DNA from: Octopus sinensis
Lineage: Eukaryota
Direction: 5' to 3'
Length of the DNA stretch: 40,458 nucleotides
Assembly (NCBI RefSeq): GCF_006345805.1
Contig: NW_021835441.1
Coordinates: forward strand, 1 to 40,458
Positions 1 through 10,645 of this stretch are shown in pieces (positions within the stretch are counted from its first letter, which is position 1; each line of letters starts with the position of its first letter). The position numbers were made by a program, and so were the translations under genes. The notes under the pieces were generated by a model. The model ran no database searches. It saw only the letters and a program-made list of their open reading frames with translations, and was not told where the DNA came from.

Positions 1-70
1 ATATATATATGTGTGTGTATATATATATATATATATAATATATATATATATGTATGTATGTATATGTATG

Positions 71-258
71 CCATAATAGATCGTTAGCCACTACACACAT
101 TTTTTCACTCCTTGTTTTTTCTGTGTACCTTTCTGTAGAAGGGCGTAGGCTTGAAACGTAAAATCTTTTTCTATTCCTGAGCATTATACTAATACATCTG
201 TTTGTTTTATACACCACCTGTCTTCGTCTTTTGTTTTTTTTTCGTAAACTTTCCCTTT
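71..258 (+). mobile_element. Short PLE-type element with hammerhead-like motif, copy 1
   Basis: Homologous to 18372-18563 (shared CTTTCTGT.GAAG..GAAA.GTAAAA..TTTTTC..CTGAGCAT..AATACAT..CTGTCTTC); both copies are flanked by (TA)n. PLE assignment is inferred from the hammerhead-like motif. Confidence 0.5.
129..164 (+). ncRNA. Degenerate minimal type I hammerhead-like motif
   Basis: cttt-CTGTAGA-a-gggc/gtag/gctt-GAAA-CG-TA-aaat: core has A6>U, helix II 4 bp, ACGT palindromic helix III, GUA triplet, helix I ttt/aaa. Confidence 0.4.
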
Positions 259-301
259 ATATGTATATATTAATGTATATATATATATATATATATTAAT
301 G

Positions 302-332
<31 letters not shown>

Positions 333-439
333 GTATATATATATATGTGTATGTATATATATATGTGTATGTATATATATATGTGTATGTATATATATAT
401 AGGTATATATATATTATATATGGACGAAATCATGCCTGT

Positions 440-520
440 GTGATAAGAGACTTACGTTCGAACAACATGTTCCTGGGTTCAGTGCCACTACAACGCACCT
501 TAGCAAGTGTCTATATTTGA
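440..520 (+). mobile_element. SINE family A head fragment
   Basis: GTTCCTGGGTTCAGTGCCACT..CACCTTAGCAAGTGTCT matches the heads of the copies at 2219, 6333 and 40037. Confidence 0.5.
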
Positions 521-533
521 GAGTGTAAATTCC

Positions 534-689
534 AAACAATTACAAAGAATACAAAGACTGGTACATCTTCGAATTTTTCTTTTAATTTAACTGGTAATTA
601 TACAGCATAATTAGTTCATTTTAACTAACTAACTATGCTGTATAACTACCTGTTAAATTAATAGAAAAATTTGTTCTTTGTAACTGTTT
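534..689. repeat. Long imperfect inverted repeat
   Basis: Inner arms 572-616 and 627-671 (41/45), 10-nt loop; outer arms 534-551 and 672-689 (16/18); 20-nt left-arm bulge. Confidence 0.85.
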
Positions 690-690
690 A

Positions 691-1548
691 TCTGGTGGAA
701 GAAAATCCCACCAGAATTGTTCAGGAACTAGCAGAGAAGCTTGGATTTGGTTATTCAAACCATTCATTGACACCTGCATGCCATTGTAAAAATCAGCAAA
801 TTGGGTTGATAGGTTCCTCACAAAGTCTAATCACATGCAGAGAGTGAATGTGTGCTCTTCTTTGCTATCATGTCTCACAAATGAACCATTTTTGGACCAA
901 ATAGTGACTAGTAACAAGAAATGGGTTCTCTATAAGAATCTCAAGTGCCAAAGACAGTGGGTAAGAAAGGAGAAACCAGCACCCCAGGATAAAGAAGGTC
1001 TTCATCCACATATGGTGTTGTTATCTGTTTGGCGGGATAGAAAAGGTTTAGTCCACTTTGAACTTTTAAACCCAAACCAAACAATAACAAAGGAGATCTA
1101 CTGTGAGCAGCTTGAGTGGCTTAAGTCAGCGCTAGAAGGAAAACGGCCATCTTTGGTTTCAAGACAAAAGGTGTTCTTCCATCAGGAAAGGTGTTCTTCC
1201 ATTAGTGTGGATAACATTCCAAAGGCTGGAGCAGTCTGAATAGGAAATGATGCCTCACCCACCATATTCGCCGGACATTGCCCCATCTAATTATCATTTA
1301 TTCTGCTGTCTTCAAAATCATTTGGACAGAAAAAATATGAATTCTGTAGACGAGGTCAGAACAGTACTGGAGGAGTATTTTTCATCATAGACAAGTGAAT
1401 TTTAAATGAGGAGCCTTGCAAGTCTAGCAGATAGATGGAAGAGCATTGTAGAATATGAAGGAGAGCTTAAAAAAGAACTCTGTTTATCTTAATTTTGAAA
1501 AATAAAAGAAGTATGAAAACACCACATTCTTTATATGATGACCCAATA
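691..1548 (+). mobile_element. Mariner transposase relic, 5'-truncated, right TIR present
   Basis: LVEENP..VQELAEKLGFG HTH, VPHK (WVPHEL-like), LHPHMVLLSVWRD, PYSPDIAPSNYHLF; stops and frameshifts; TIR-like end ...ATGATGACCCAA followed by TA at 1547-1548. Confidence 0.9.
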
Positions 1549-2218
1549 CAAACTTTGGCCACTTAAATCCAAATATGTACAGATGTCTCATTAACATTTG
1601 AATGTGAGACAACTATCATCTGACAAGATGAAGCAATCCTCATATATGTAAATTTACGTTGTCAAACGTATTTGAAGAGTCAGAAACCGGTCCTGCATTA
1701 TCCGATTCTAGGTTGTCCATTTACCAGATGTTCTTCCTAGAGGTAAGACAAATTTTTTTCATGTTTGTTGCACACACACGTCTTTGCTAGTATATACGCA
1801 GTGAAGCTATACAATAGCCGCGAATTTATTACGATTGCTATTTTCCAGTAAATATTGGTGCCTTGTACCATTTATCTACTTTTATATATATATATATAAT
1901 AGACACAGGCATGACTGTATGGAGTGGCGGAATGGGTCTAAAAATATTGGTTGCCAGGAGACTAAGAGGGCCCACCCACAGCTACAAGTCCCATCTCATC
2001 TCCGCAACTACAATGCTATCGTTTATTTATTTTTATTTTTTTGTTGAAAGGTTTTGTTTTCAACTGTCTACAAACACAGCCAGGCTGAAATAATTAATGC
2101 ATTCTTCCAGGAGTGAATAAAAAATTCTCAGACTTGAGGGGATAGGCCCCTTAGATACTAACATGGTCCCCCATATATGGATTCTAATAGTACAGGGGCC
2201 CACTTGTCAGTCCGTTAT

Positions 2219-2579
2219 TGGCTGTATGGTAAGGAGCTTGCTTCCCAACCACATGGTTCCAGTCTGAGTCCCACTGTATGGTACCTTGGACAAGTATCTT
2301 CCAAAGATTTGTGAATGAGTTTGATAGACGGAAACTGAAAGATCCCTGTCCTGTATATATACATATATATTTATATGAGTGTGTTTTGGGGTTGTTTGAC
2401 AACCAATGTTGGTGTGTTTATATCCCCGTCACTTAGTGGTTCAGCAAAAGAGATCGATAGAGTAAGTATTAGGCTTACAAAGAATAAGTCTTGGAATCAA
2501 TTTCTTTCACTAAAAAAAAACCTTTAAAGTAGTGCTCCAGCATGGCCGCAGTCAAATGACTGAAACAAGTAAAAGAATA
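2219..2579 (+). mobile_element. tRNA-headed SINE family A
   Basis: A/B-box-like head, central microsatellite, tail ...CAGTCAAATGACTGAAACAAGTAAAAGAATA; homologous to 5945-6333 and 39639-40037. Confidence 0.85.
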
Positions 2580-3244
2580 TATATATTGATTTCCTAAAAC
2601 CAGCTTAGTAATGCTTGTCTGTGAGGGTCTCTGTCCCATCCCCACCTCCATTGTCTCTGCCCTGTCCCCCAGCATTTCATCCCTTGATACCCATCACTTC
2701 CTCTTTCACCTGAGAGCAGAATAGGCACATGCTACATGCCCTGGCTTTCTCAGTTACCCTTCTCTCTCACCCCGACACCCCACTACCTTTCTTCCTCCCC
2801 CTCAAACCACTTCCATTTCCCTTATTTCTCATTGCCTTCCTCTGCCTACTAATCACCTCCTTTCTGCTATCACCTTCAATACCTTCACATGTCTATCACA
2901 ACCACAGACCCCAAGCCTCTACCATATTTGTCTCCATTACTTGCTACAGTCACCTCTGTGCTGCCCACTCACTCAGTCCAAACCTCTCTTTCACTTCACC
3001 TATTCTTACCACCCTCAATGTCCCTCAAGGGCTTCTCCCAGCACATCTTCACCATCATCTCTCTCTCTCTCTTTCTCTATCACTCTCCTTATCTCACTCC
3101 CTAACCCACTCTCCTTTTTTTCCAACTCTACTGCAAGACACCTATCTCTGTAAAGCTCTCAGCTGTCTTAAATTTCTCAACTTCCATAATGCCACAACCC
3201 CTCAATGCTACTTCCCCACCTCCCAGTTGAGAGGCTTTGTCTTG

Positions 3245-3505
3245 CAAGATACTTGGTGACCCTGTCGGTGCTGGTACCACTTAAAAAGCACTGGCGTTGG
3301 TACCTTGCAAAAAGCACTGTTGCTGGTGTCACATAAAAAGCACACAGCACACTCTGTAAGTGGTTGGCATTAGGAAGGGCAGCCAGCTGTAGAAACCATG
3401 CCAAAACAGACAATGGAACCAACCTGATGTGGCTCCTGACCTTGCCAGCTCCTGTCCAACCATTCAACCCAAGCAAGCATAGAAAAAGTCACTAAATGAT
3501 GATGG
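3245..3505 (+). mobile_element. RTE 3' UTR-derived fragment
   Basis: ACACTCTGTAAGTGGTTGGCATTAGGAAGGGCA and an AAATGATGATG tail shared with the RTE 3' end at 20290-20378. Confidence 0.55.
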
Positions 3506-3639
3506 TGGTATATATCTCTCCTCTCTCTCATTCTCCTTTCTTTCTTCCCACCTGTTCTAGCTACATTTTCTTTCTAATGCAAAACTCCATTTTCTATCCC
3601 TCAATACTACTTTCTCTGACCCTATGTTAAGGGGTCTTT

Positions 3640-3866
3640 TCATGCAAGTTACTTGGTGGCCTCACTGCTGCTGGTGCCACAAGAAAACACGCAGCTCACT
3701 CTGTAAAGTGGTTGGCATTAGGAAGGGCATCCAGCTGTGAAAACCAAGCCAAATCAGACAGTAGAGCTCAGTGTAGTCTCCTGATTTGCCAGTTCTGGTC
3801 AAACCATCCAGCTCATGCCAGAATGGAAAGCAGAAATTAAATGACATTGATGATGATGATGATGAT
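3640..3866 (+). mobile_element. RTE 3' UTR-derived fragment with (GAT)n tail
   Basis: Same TGGTTGGCATTAGGAAGGGCATCC block; ends in (GAT)n. Confidence 0.6.
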
Positions 3867-4177
3867 GTGTGTGTGTGTGTGTGTGTGTATGTGTGTGCGT
3901 GTATGCATATGTGTTTATGTGTATATGAAGATTAGAAGATTTACTACTTTTAAGCTTACTAGATGATGACTGTTATTGAAATTTATTTGATTAAAATGCC
4001 TTGTAGTATTCAGTTGTAACCCTTTACTTTCTTGTTTCAAATCTAACCAAAGTTAACTTCACCTTTCCACTCTCTGGGGTCAATAAAATAACTACCAATA
4101 ATATAAGGGACCAATACCCTTGATTATTATTTCCTATAATCTGTGATTTTGTGTTCCAAATCATTTGAAATTCATAC

Positions 4178-4212
4178 AGTCACATACTGAAGACTTAGTT
4201 CAGTATGTGACT
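4178..4212. repeat. Perfect 14-bp inverted repeat with 7-nt loop
   Basis: AGTCACATACTGAA (4178-4191) and TTCAGTATGTGACT (4199-4212). Confidence 0.9.
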
Positions 4213-4302
4213 TAGTTACTGAAGACTCAACTTGTCTCTTAACTCCCTACCAAGATTTTCTTTAATCTATTTGTACTGCCAAAATATGAAAGCTGTCATG
4301 AA

Positions 4303-4640
4303 GGTGTGTGGTTCAATGGTTAAAGCATCAGGCTCACAATCATGAGGCAGTCAGTTCAATTCCTGGACTGGGCTGTGTGTTGTGTTCTTGAGCAAGACAC
4401 TTTATTTCACGTTGTTCCAATATACTCAGCTGTAGAAATGAGTTGTGATGTCAATGGTGCCAAGCTGTATTGGTCCCTTTGCCTTTCCCTTGGATCACAT
4501 CCGTGACGTGACAAGGAGAGAATTGTATGCATGGGCAACTGCTAGTCTTCCATAAACAAACTTACCCAGACTTGTACCTCCGAGAACTTTCTAGGTGCAT
4601 CCTATGGTCAGTTATGACCAAAGGGGGTCTTTTACCCTTT
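4303..4640 (+). mobile_element. tRNA-headed SINE family C, full length
   Basis: Head GGTGTGTGGTTCAATGGTTAAAGC..GTTCAATTCC; body and tail (GAAGGGGGTCTTTTACCC) match 10355-10623. Confidence 0.85.
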
Positions 4641-4815
4641 GCCCATATATACACATATATATACTGTAAAACCCATGTAAGTTATGAACCTGTGTAACTT
4701 ACACATGTGATTTCAGGATAAAATGTGTTAAAAAAAAATCTTCTGTTCATGTAAAATTCACACCCAAAAGTCAAGAGGAAAAGGTTTTCAGTTTAGTTGT
4801 ATTTAGCATAATTTC

Positions 4816-5550
4816 ACTTACTTATGATTAGATTTTATTAAATTTCCATTAAATAAAAAAAAATTCTGTTTAACAGGTATCACATTGAAAGCTATTAAAT
4901 TACAAAATGTTCGTGTTTATAAATATTATTTTATATTTCTTGCCCACACGAGATCATGTCCGATCTTTAACATACTGCTGTATGTCTTCTCAAATCATAA
5001 TCACAGGAAAAGTTCTCACTGTGTGTCCGTCACAGGAAAAGTTGCTGATAAGAATTACCAACAAAAACAAAGCTGATAAATATACATAGGTGATGCAAAT
5101 TAAGTTTAATTACCCATAAACATCAGCTTGGATGACACTTTACTCAACTGACCGAGGAAGGTGACCAATCAAACTGATTATGCAAATAGAATTCTTTTCC
5201 ACCTATTTTTGTCAGAACCTTTGACACGTGACAAAGGAGAACCTATATTTTCTGCCCACTACCTTCGTAAAGACAAAACGTGCTTATATTGTCTCCTATC
5301 ATAAGCTCATCTTCCTAGCATTCATAATAATTTTTCTATCATTTTTCATTGTTCGAAAAAAATATTGTTTCTATGTTTTTGTTTTCGTTTTTCATTGTGT
5401 TCAACGTTTTTTTGATGTCCTGTACCCATATATGCATGTATATATACATATATATATGTAGGTATGTACATATATATATATATATGCATATTTTATATAT
5501 TATTTATATTATTATATGATCAAACACCATGCATCCTTTTCCAAGTAAGT
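4816..5550. promoter_or_regulatory. Candidate promoter-like island (possibly bidirectional)
   Basis: Non-repetitive, about 11 CpG in 4900-5420 versus none in 3901-4300; octamers at 5093 and 5180, CCAAT at 5165, CACGTG at 5225; outward-facing GTAAGT donors (minus 4816-4821, plus 5545-5550). Confidence 0.3.
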
Positions 5551-5944
5551 TTTATCTATCTATCAATATATATATATATATAAAATACAAATTGAGGGTG
5601 TAGAGCAGGTAATATCCAGGCTACATATGTTTCCATCTAGCAACTCATCAAAGATACTTTAATTACATCAAGATTACAGTGTCGTTAAGGAACCCCAAGT
5701 TAACTTGCCAAAAATATAATTTGAAATGAGTGGTGAAGCTGGAAGAGCAGAATAAAAAAGAAAAACAAATAAAAATAGATAAAAAAACAAATGTTTGAAG
5801 AAATACAATGGTCAGTAAGAAAAGTGAAGGAAAAGGTCAAATATTTGGGAGTGGAGTATTGTCTAAAGTTGTTAAGAATAAAGAAAATGAGAGGGGGGAG
5901 GTAAGTGGGGGAACTTAGTGTAGATGGATACTCTTTTTTCTTTT

Positions 5945-6333
5945 TTACTCTTTTACTTGTTTCAGTCATTTGACTGTGGCCATGCTGGAGCACCACCTTT
6001 AGTCGAGCAAATTGACACCAGGACTTATTCTTTGTAAGCCTAGTACTTATTCTATCGAACTCTATTGCCGAACCACTAAGTTACGGGGACGTAAACACAC
6101 CAGCATCAGTTGTCAAGCGATGTTGGGGGGGACAAACACAGACACACACATATATACATATACATATATATGATGGGTTTCTTTCAGTTTCTGTCTACCA
6201 AATCCACTCACAAAGCTTTGGTTGGCCCGAGGCTATAGTAGAAGACACTTGCCCAAGGTGCCACACAGTGGGACTGAACCCAGAACCATGTGGTTGGTAA
6301 GCAAGCTACTTACCACACAGCCGCTCCTTCGCC
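5945..6333 (-). mobile_element. SINE family A, full length
   Basis: Complete head to tail; homologous to 39639-40037. Confidence 0.9.
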
Positions 6334-6894
6334 TATGACTTTAGGAAAAGGGTTTTTGTGAATATTAAGTTGGGGCCACTTAACTATGTCTACAGTAATC
6401 ATGTACTTTTGTGCACCCATGCATAAACATTTATACAGAAAAGTTTTTTAGAAGAGATGAAACGGTCATGAATAAGAAAAAGGAAAGGAAGAGGTTAAAA
6501 ATTTAGGAGTTGGAACTGGATGGAGTTGTTAGGAAAGAGAAAGGGGAAGGAAAAGAGGGAGATAGGAGCTGAAAGTTGTAGTCTTTGAGGGGGAACACAG
6601 TAAAGTTGGTCGCTTACTATTTCACAGTAAATATCCATAACATATTCAGACACCAGCATGTGCACACATACTGTCACAGTGCACCTATAGTATCAGTATA
6701 GGTACATACATGTGCATACAAACATGTATATTTCCATATACAAAAAGGGAGATATAAAGTAAAATACAAAGTTAAGGAAATACATAAAGATAGCTTAAAA
6801 AGTATTTGTTATAAATAGATTAAAGAAATTCAAATGCGGTGGGGGTGGGCAGCAATGTAGGAGGATTATCTAAGGAATTATCGCAGAAGGCAGT

Positions 6895-7400
6895 GTTATT
6901 TGTACCCTAAGAAGATATTACATAATTTATGCCGACAATTAAGAATAAGGTCACTTTATTCGTTAAGGCAGTTGTTGCATTTCATAATAGAGAAGACTTC
7001 TGCACTGCTGAGGTTATACAGTTTGGCATGGGTAACAATGGAGCATTTTAAGCTGTATACAACTGAGTTATTTTTTAGGTTATGAATGAGCCTAGATAAA
7101 TTATTAGTCTGCTTGAGATTTAAAGCTAGAATAATGGTGACTAATTCTGACCTTGAAGGTGGTGCTACACGAGCCAATATATGCATTCTTGGAATCTTCC
7201 ATAGAGACTGTACACTTAATTACTATATCTTTTGTGAAGCATTTACTTTCCAAGGGACAGGGGATGGGGCGTCTACAGTTGCATAGACTTCCAGAGGGTG
7301 CTAAAGTGGAGTCCGTGGGGTTATGATTACCTAAGGTTACCCTGGTGGTATATGTCATGTTGAGGAACCACAAAAATCACAAAGCATCAATGTCCATCAC
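6895..7400 (-). pseudogene. Penelope-like GIY-YIG endonuclease relic
   Basis: CNCRRPIPCPLESKC..VIKCTV..AYIGS..TFKVRISHHYSSF and a C-terminal CRHK; disrupted. Confidence 0.8.
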
Positions 7401-7552
7401 ACCTGAATGGGATTTGGGGTGAGTTGTCTCAACTGTCTATGACTAGGACTTTCAGGTGTTTTAACACCTGGCACTTTGAGAGTCATCTCCACTGCATCAA
7501 ATTGCACCCTACTGGTGAACAAGCACATTGCATGTGTGTGTGTGTTTGATAA

Positions 7553-8108
7553 TCTATATACATATAAAACAAATGAAGTATGTGTGTGTGTCTGTGTGTG
7601 TAATACGTATGCATTTCCATAGTTTTCAACCAATTTTCACCAAACTTTACACACACATTACTTATGTGCCAAGGATGGTCATGCACTATAACTTTTTGTC
7701 TAGAGCTCCTGTGTAAAGTGAGAAATCGAGAAAAAGTGCTTTACGCAGGTTTTTCTCAAAAAACTGCAGTTTTCAACCAATTCTCTCCTTCTTATTCTCT
7801 GTTTCTCTTGCTTACATATATTCTCTCTCACCCTCTGTAATAGTTCCTCTCTTTGAGTCTGTCTTCTTTCCTTCCTTCTTTATCCCGCTTTTTTTGCTTT
7901 TGGTCTTCCCTTCTTTCTTTCCTTCCTTCCTTCTTTCCTTCCTTCCTTCCTTCCTTCTTTCTTTGTTCTATGCTTCCTTCCTTCCTTTCTTTCTTTCTGT
8001 TCAACTAAAGGCAGTGCTCCAACATGGCTACAGTCAAATGACTGAAACAAGTAAAAGAATAAAAAAACTGACATTTTAATCCCAAGCAACACTGGGTATC
8101 TCTGCTAG
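7553..8108 (+). mobile_element. Complete non-autonomous Helitron (556 bp)
   Basis: A|TCTATATAC 5' end, degenerate hairpin CCCAAGCAACACTGGG (8081-8096), CTAG|T 3' end (8105-8108), no TSD. Confidence 0.7.
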
Positions 8109-8155
8109 TATATATATATAAGATATATATATATATATATATATACATATACATA

Positions 8156-8358
8156 CAGGTTGAGCCAAAAGTCACACGCAAAATAAATTCAAGATATTCT
8201 GGAATTGTCAAGGACATGCTTCAATCTTTTTTTAAATTGAATAAAATAAATAAAATAATGATGAATTCATCTGTACTTGTACATGGTGAACAAAATGCAT
8301 AATAAAAATAATAACATAATACAAATAAAATGTCGAATGTTGCTTTTAGCCCATCCTG
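8156..8358. mobile_element. Tc1/mariner-type MITE (203 bp)
   Basis: TIRs CAGGTTGAGCCAAAAG and CTTTTAGCCCATCCTG (13/16); TA on both sides (8154-8155, 8359-8360). Confidence 0.75.
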
Positions 8359-8378
8359 TATGTAAGTATGTATGTATG

Positions 8379-8417
<39 letters not shown>

Positions 8418-8529
8418 GAAATTCCCCAGGATTTGAGAGAATCATATATTTAAATAGTGAAAACACAAATGCTATTAGTCAAAATAGCTGTAGTATAACT
8501 TTGAGGTTTCACAATTTCAAGAATAATAT

Positions 8530-9004
8530 CAGTTTCCAGAGTTTGTTAAATGAATATTTTTGATTAAAGGAAAATTTTTGAATATACCGGTATAATTTTT
8601 TCACTGTCATACTAGTTCCCAGCAAAGTGTTTTCACATGCTGGAGAAGAGATGATAGTCAGATGAGACCGAATAAGGAAAATGGGGATGGTGATCAACCA
8701 GTTTGAGGCCACAATCATGCACAGTAATCATTGAAAGCTTGTGTGCTGAAGCATTGCCCTGATGAAACAAGACCTTTTTTGTCAGTCTTCTTAGTTGTTT
8801 GACTTTAATAGCTTTTCCTAACTGCCTCAACAAGTTGGTATAGTACTGTCCACCCTTTTGAAGATAGTCAACAAACACAATGGTTTTTGCATCCCAAGAA
8901 ACTGAGGCCTTCACCTTCCCTGCAGATCAAGCAACATTGGCCTTCTTTGGAGCAGGTGAGGTGGGGTGTTTCCACTGCATGGATTGTCTCTGTGTCTGGC
9001 TCAA
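8530..9004 (-). mobile_element. Mariner transposase relic (Himar/irritans-like)
   Basis: QSMQWKHPTSPAPKKA..AGKVKASVSWD..LFHQGNASAH..SDYHLF; decayed. Confidence 0.85.
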
Positions 9005-9006
9005 TA

Positions 9007-9655
9007 CAAGATGGTATCAAAAGGTTCTTTGACTAGATACGTTTAATAAAAAAAACTGATTTACCTAAGTTATTATTCTCCTTTGAAATAGTTGCCTTGC
9101 ACAGTTATACACTGGTCTCAGCATTCCTGCCACTTTTGGAATCCAGCCTGGAAGTCGTTTTTCATTCTGCAATTCGTTCTGGATCTCAACAACTATGTTA
9201 TAATGGCAACCTTTGAGCTGCATTTTCATCTTGAAGATGGTAGTCTGCAGATGCTAAATCTGGTGAATAGGGTGGAAGCTATACCATGTTGTTTTAGTGA
9301 GAAACTCACAAGTGGAGAGAGCTCAGTCACAGGGTTCTTTATCATCATGAAGAAGAATCCAATTTTTCACACCCCACAGATCCAGTCGTTTTTACCAAAC
9401 GTCTGTCCTCAAATGCTTCAAAATGTTGCAGTAAAACTCTCAATTGACTGTCAGGCCATGGAGGATGAATTCTCGATGCACAATATCACAGATGTTGAAG
9501 AAAACTATGAACATGCTCTTGATTGAGTTGCAATTCTGTTATGCCTTATTCGCTCATGGATATGAAGGGTGCTTCCATTGTGATGACTGCTGCATCATCT
9601 CAGGGTCATACCCATAGACCCCAACTCTCATTACCGGTGATGATCCTCGACATGT
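9007..9655 (-). mobile_element. Mariner transposase relic with 3' TIR
   Basis: IITGNESW.YGYDPE..QSSQWK..NWILLHD..QGNYFKG; TIR-like TA-CAAGATGGTATCAAAAGGTTC at 9005; same family as 25620-26155. Confidence 0.85.
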
Positions 9656-9674
9656 TCAACAGAGTGTAAGCATC

Positions 9675-9975
9675 TTGAAAAAAAAGTTGGGCATAAGAGG
9701 CATCAGATGTGGTGTGCAAGAGAAACAACTGCACTGGTATGGTCATGTGATGCATATGGACAACGGCAGCTGTGTAAAGAAGTGCTGATCTCTAACTGTG
9801 GAGAGAACCTGTGGTACAGGTAAACCCAGGAAGACATGGGACAAGGTGGTGAAGCATGACCTTCAAAGTTTGGGCCTCACCGAGGCAATGACTAGTGACT
9901 GAGACCTTTGGTAATTCACTGTGCTTAAGAAGACCCATCAAGTCAAGTGAAATCATAGTTGTGGCTGATACATAA
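9675..9975 (+). mobile_element. RTE LINE 3' fragment
   Basis: KLGIRGIRCGVQE..LHWYGHV..GKPRKTWDKVVKHDL; homologous to 19560-19840. Confidence 0.85.
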
Positions 9976-10029
9976 CATTTGCCTAATAGTGGTTTTATCT
10001 CTAATTTAATATAATATATATATATTTAT

Positions 10030-10264
10030 ATATAGGAATATTATTGGTAAAAACGGTAAGATAACAAAAGAAAGAAAGAGACCTCAATATTATGTAAATA
10101 GAGGAAATTTATCTGTAAATTAATATGTTACCATTATTCAATAGTCAACATAAAACTCTGAGTTTCAGATGCCGAAGTGGAAATCCACAACACCATCTCT
10201 TCGGCATCTGAAACTCAGTTTTATCTTGACTATTGAATAATGGTAACATATTAATTTACAGATA
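10030..10264 (-). mobile_element. PLE-type terminal fragment with 66-bp fold-back arms and hammerhead relic
   Basis: Arms 10110-10177 and 10199-10264 (1 mismatch, one 2-nt bulge); minus strand reads CCGAAGA-gatg..catc-t-GAAA-CTC-A-GAG-TT; embedded in (TA)n. PLE assignment is inferred. Confidence 0.5.
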
Positions 10265-10316
10265 TATATAGGAATATATATTTTTCCTATATATATATCG
10301 GAATATATATTTTTCC

Positions 10317-10352
<36 letters not shown>

Positions 10353-10354
10353 AT

Positions 10355-10623
10355 GCGTGTTGTGTTCTTGAGCAAGGCACTTTATTTCACGTTGCTCCAG
10401 TTCACTCAGCTGTAGAAATGAGTTGCGACGTCACAGGTGCCAAGCTGTATCGGCCCTTGCCTTTCCCTTGGACAACATCGGTGACGTGGAGAGGGGAGGC
10501 CGGTATGCATGGGCGACTGCTGGTCTTCCATAAAAAACAACCTTGCCCAGACTTGTGCCTCAGAGGGTATCTCTCTAGGTGCAAACCCATGGTCAGTGCC
10601 TGACTGAAGGGGGTCTTTACCCT
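10355..10623 (+). mobile_element. SINE family C, 5'-truncated, tandem copy 1
   Basis: Matches 4303-4640 from the body onward; identical by eye to copy 2. Confidence 0.9.
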
Positions 10624-10645
10624 ATATATATATATATATATATAT

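Larger units (their letters stand above)
1..421. repeat. (TA)n/(TATG)n microsatellite arrays (1-70, 259-421) flanking a short element
   Basis: Direct inspection; the ORF at 299-520 is a microsatellite artefact. Confidence 0.95.

Noticed and set aside
692-714. Small hairpin TCTGGTGG/CCACCAGA
   Set aside because: Lies within the mariner coding relic (LVEENPTR); probably coincidental.
1632-1748. Possible exon ending GAG|GTAAGA in CpG-containing unique DNA
   Set aside because: No convincing acceptor, one short open frame, no recognisable protein.
2729-3259. 176-aa ORF
   Set aside because: Pyrimidine-rich low-complexity sequence with no motifs.
4303-4370. SINE heads as tRNA genes
   Set aside because: A/B-box-like motifs but no full cloverleaf, and each continues into a SINE body.
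4676-4703. 9-bp inverted repeat TGTAAGTTA/TAACTTACA
   Set aside because: Short and AT-rich; plausible by chance in 40 kb.
6609-6651. Hammerhead-like CTGAATA..GAAATAGTA on minus near a PLE relic
   Set aside because: The core, helix II and helix III would all need repair.
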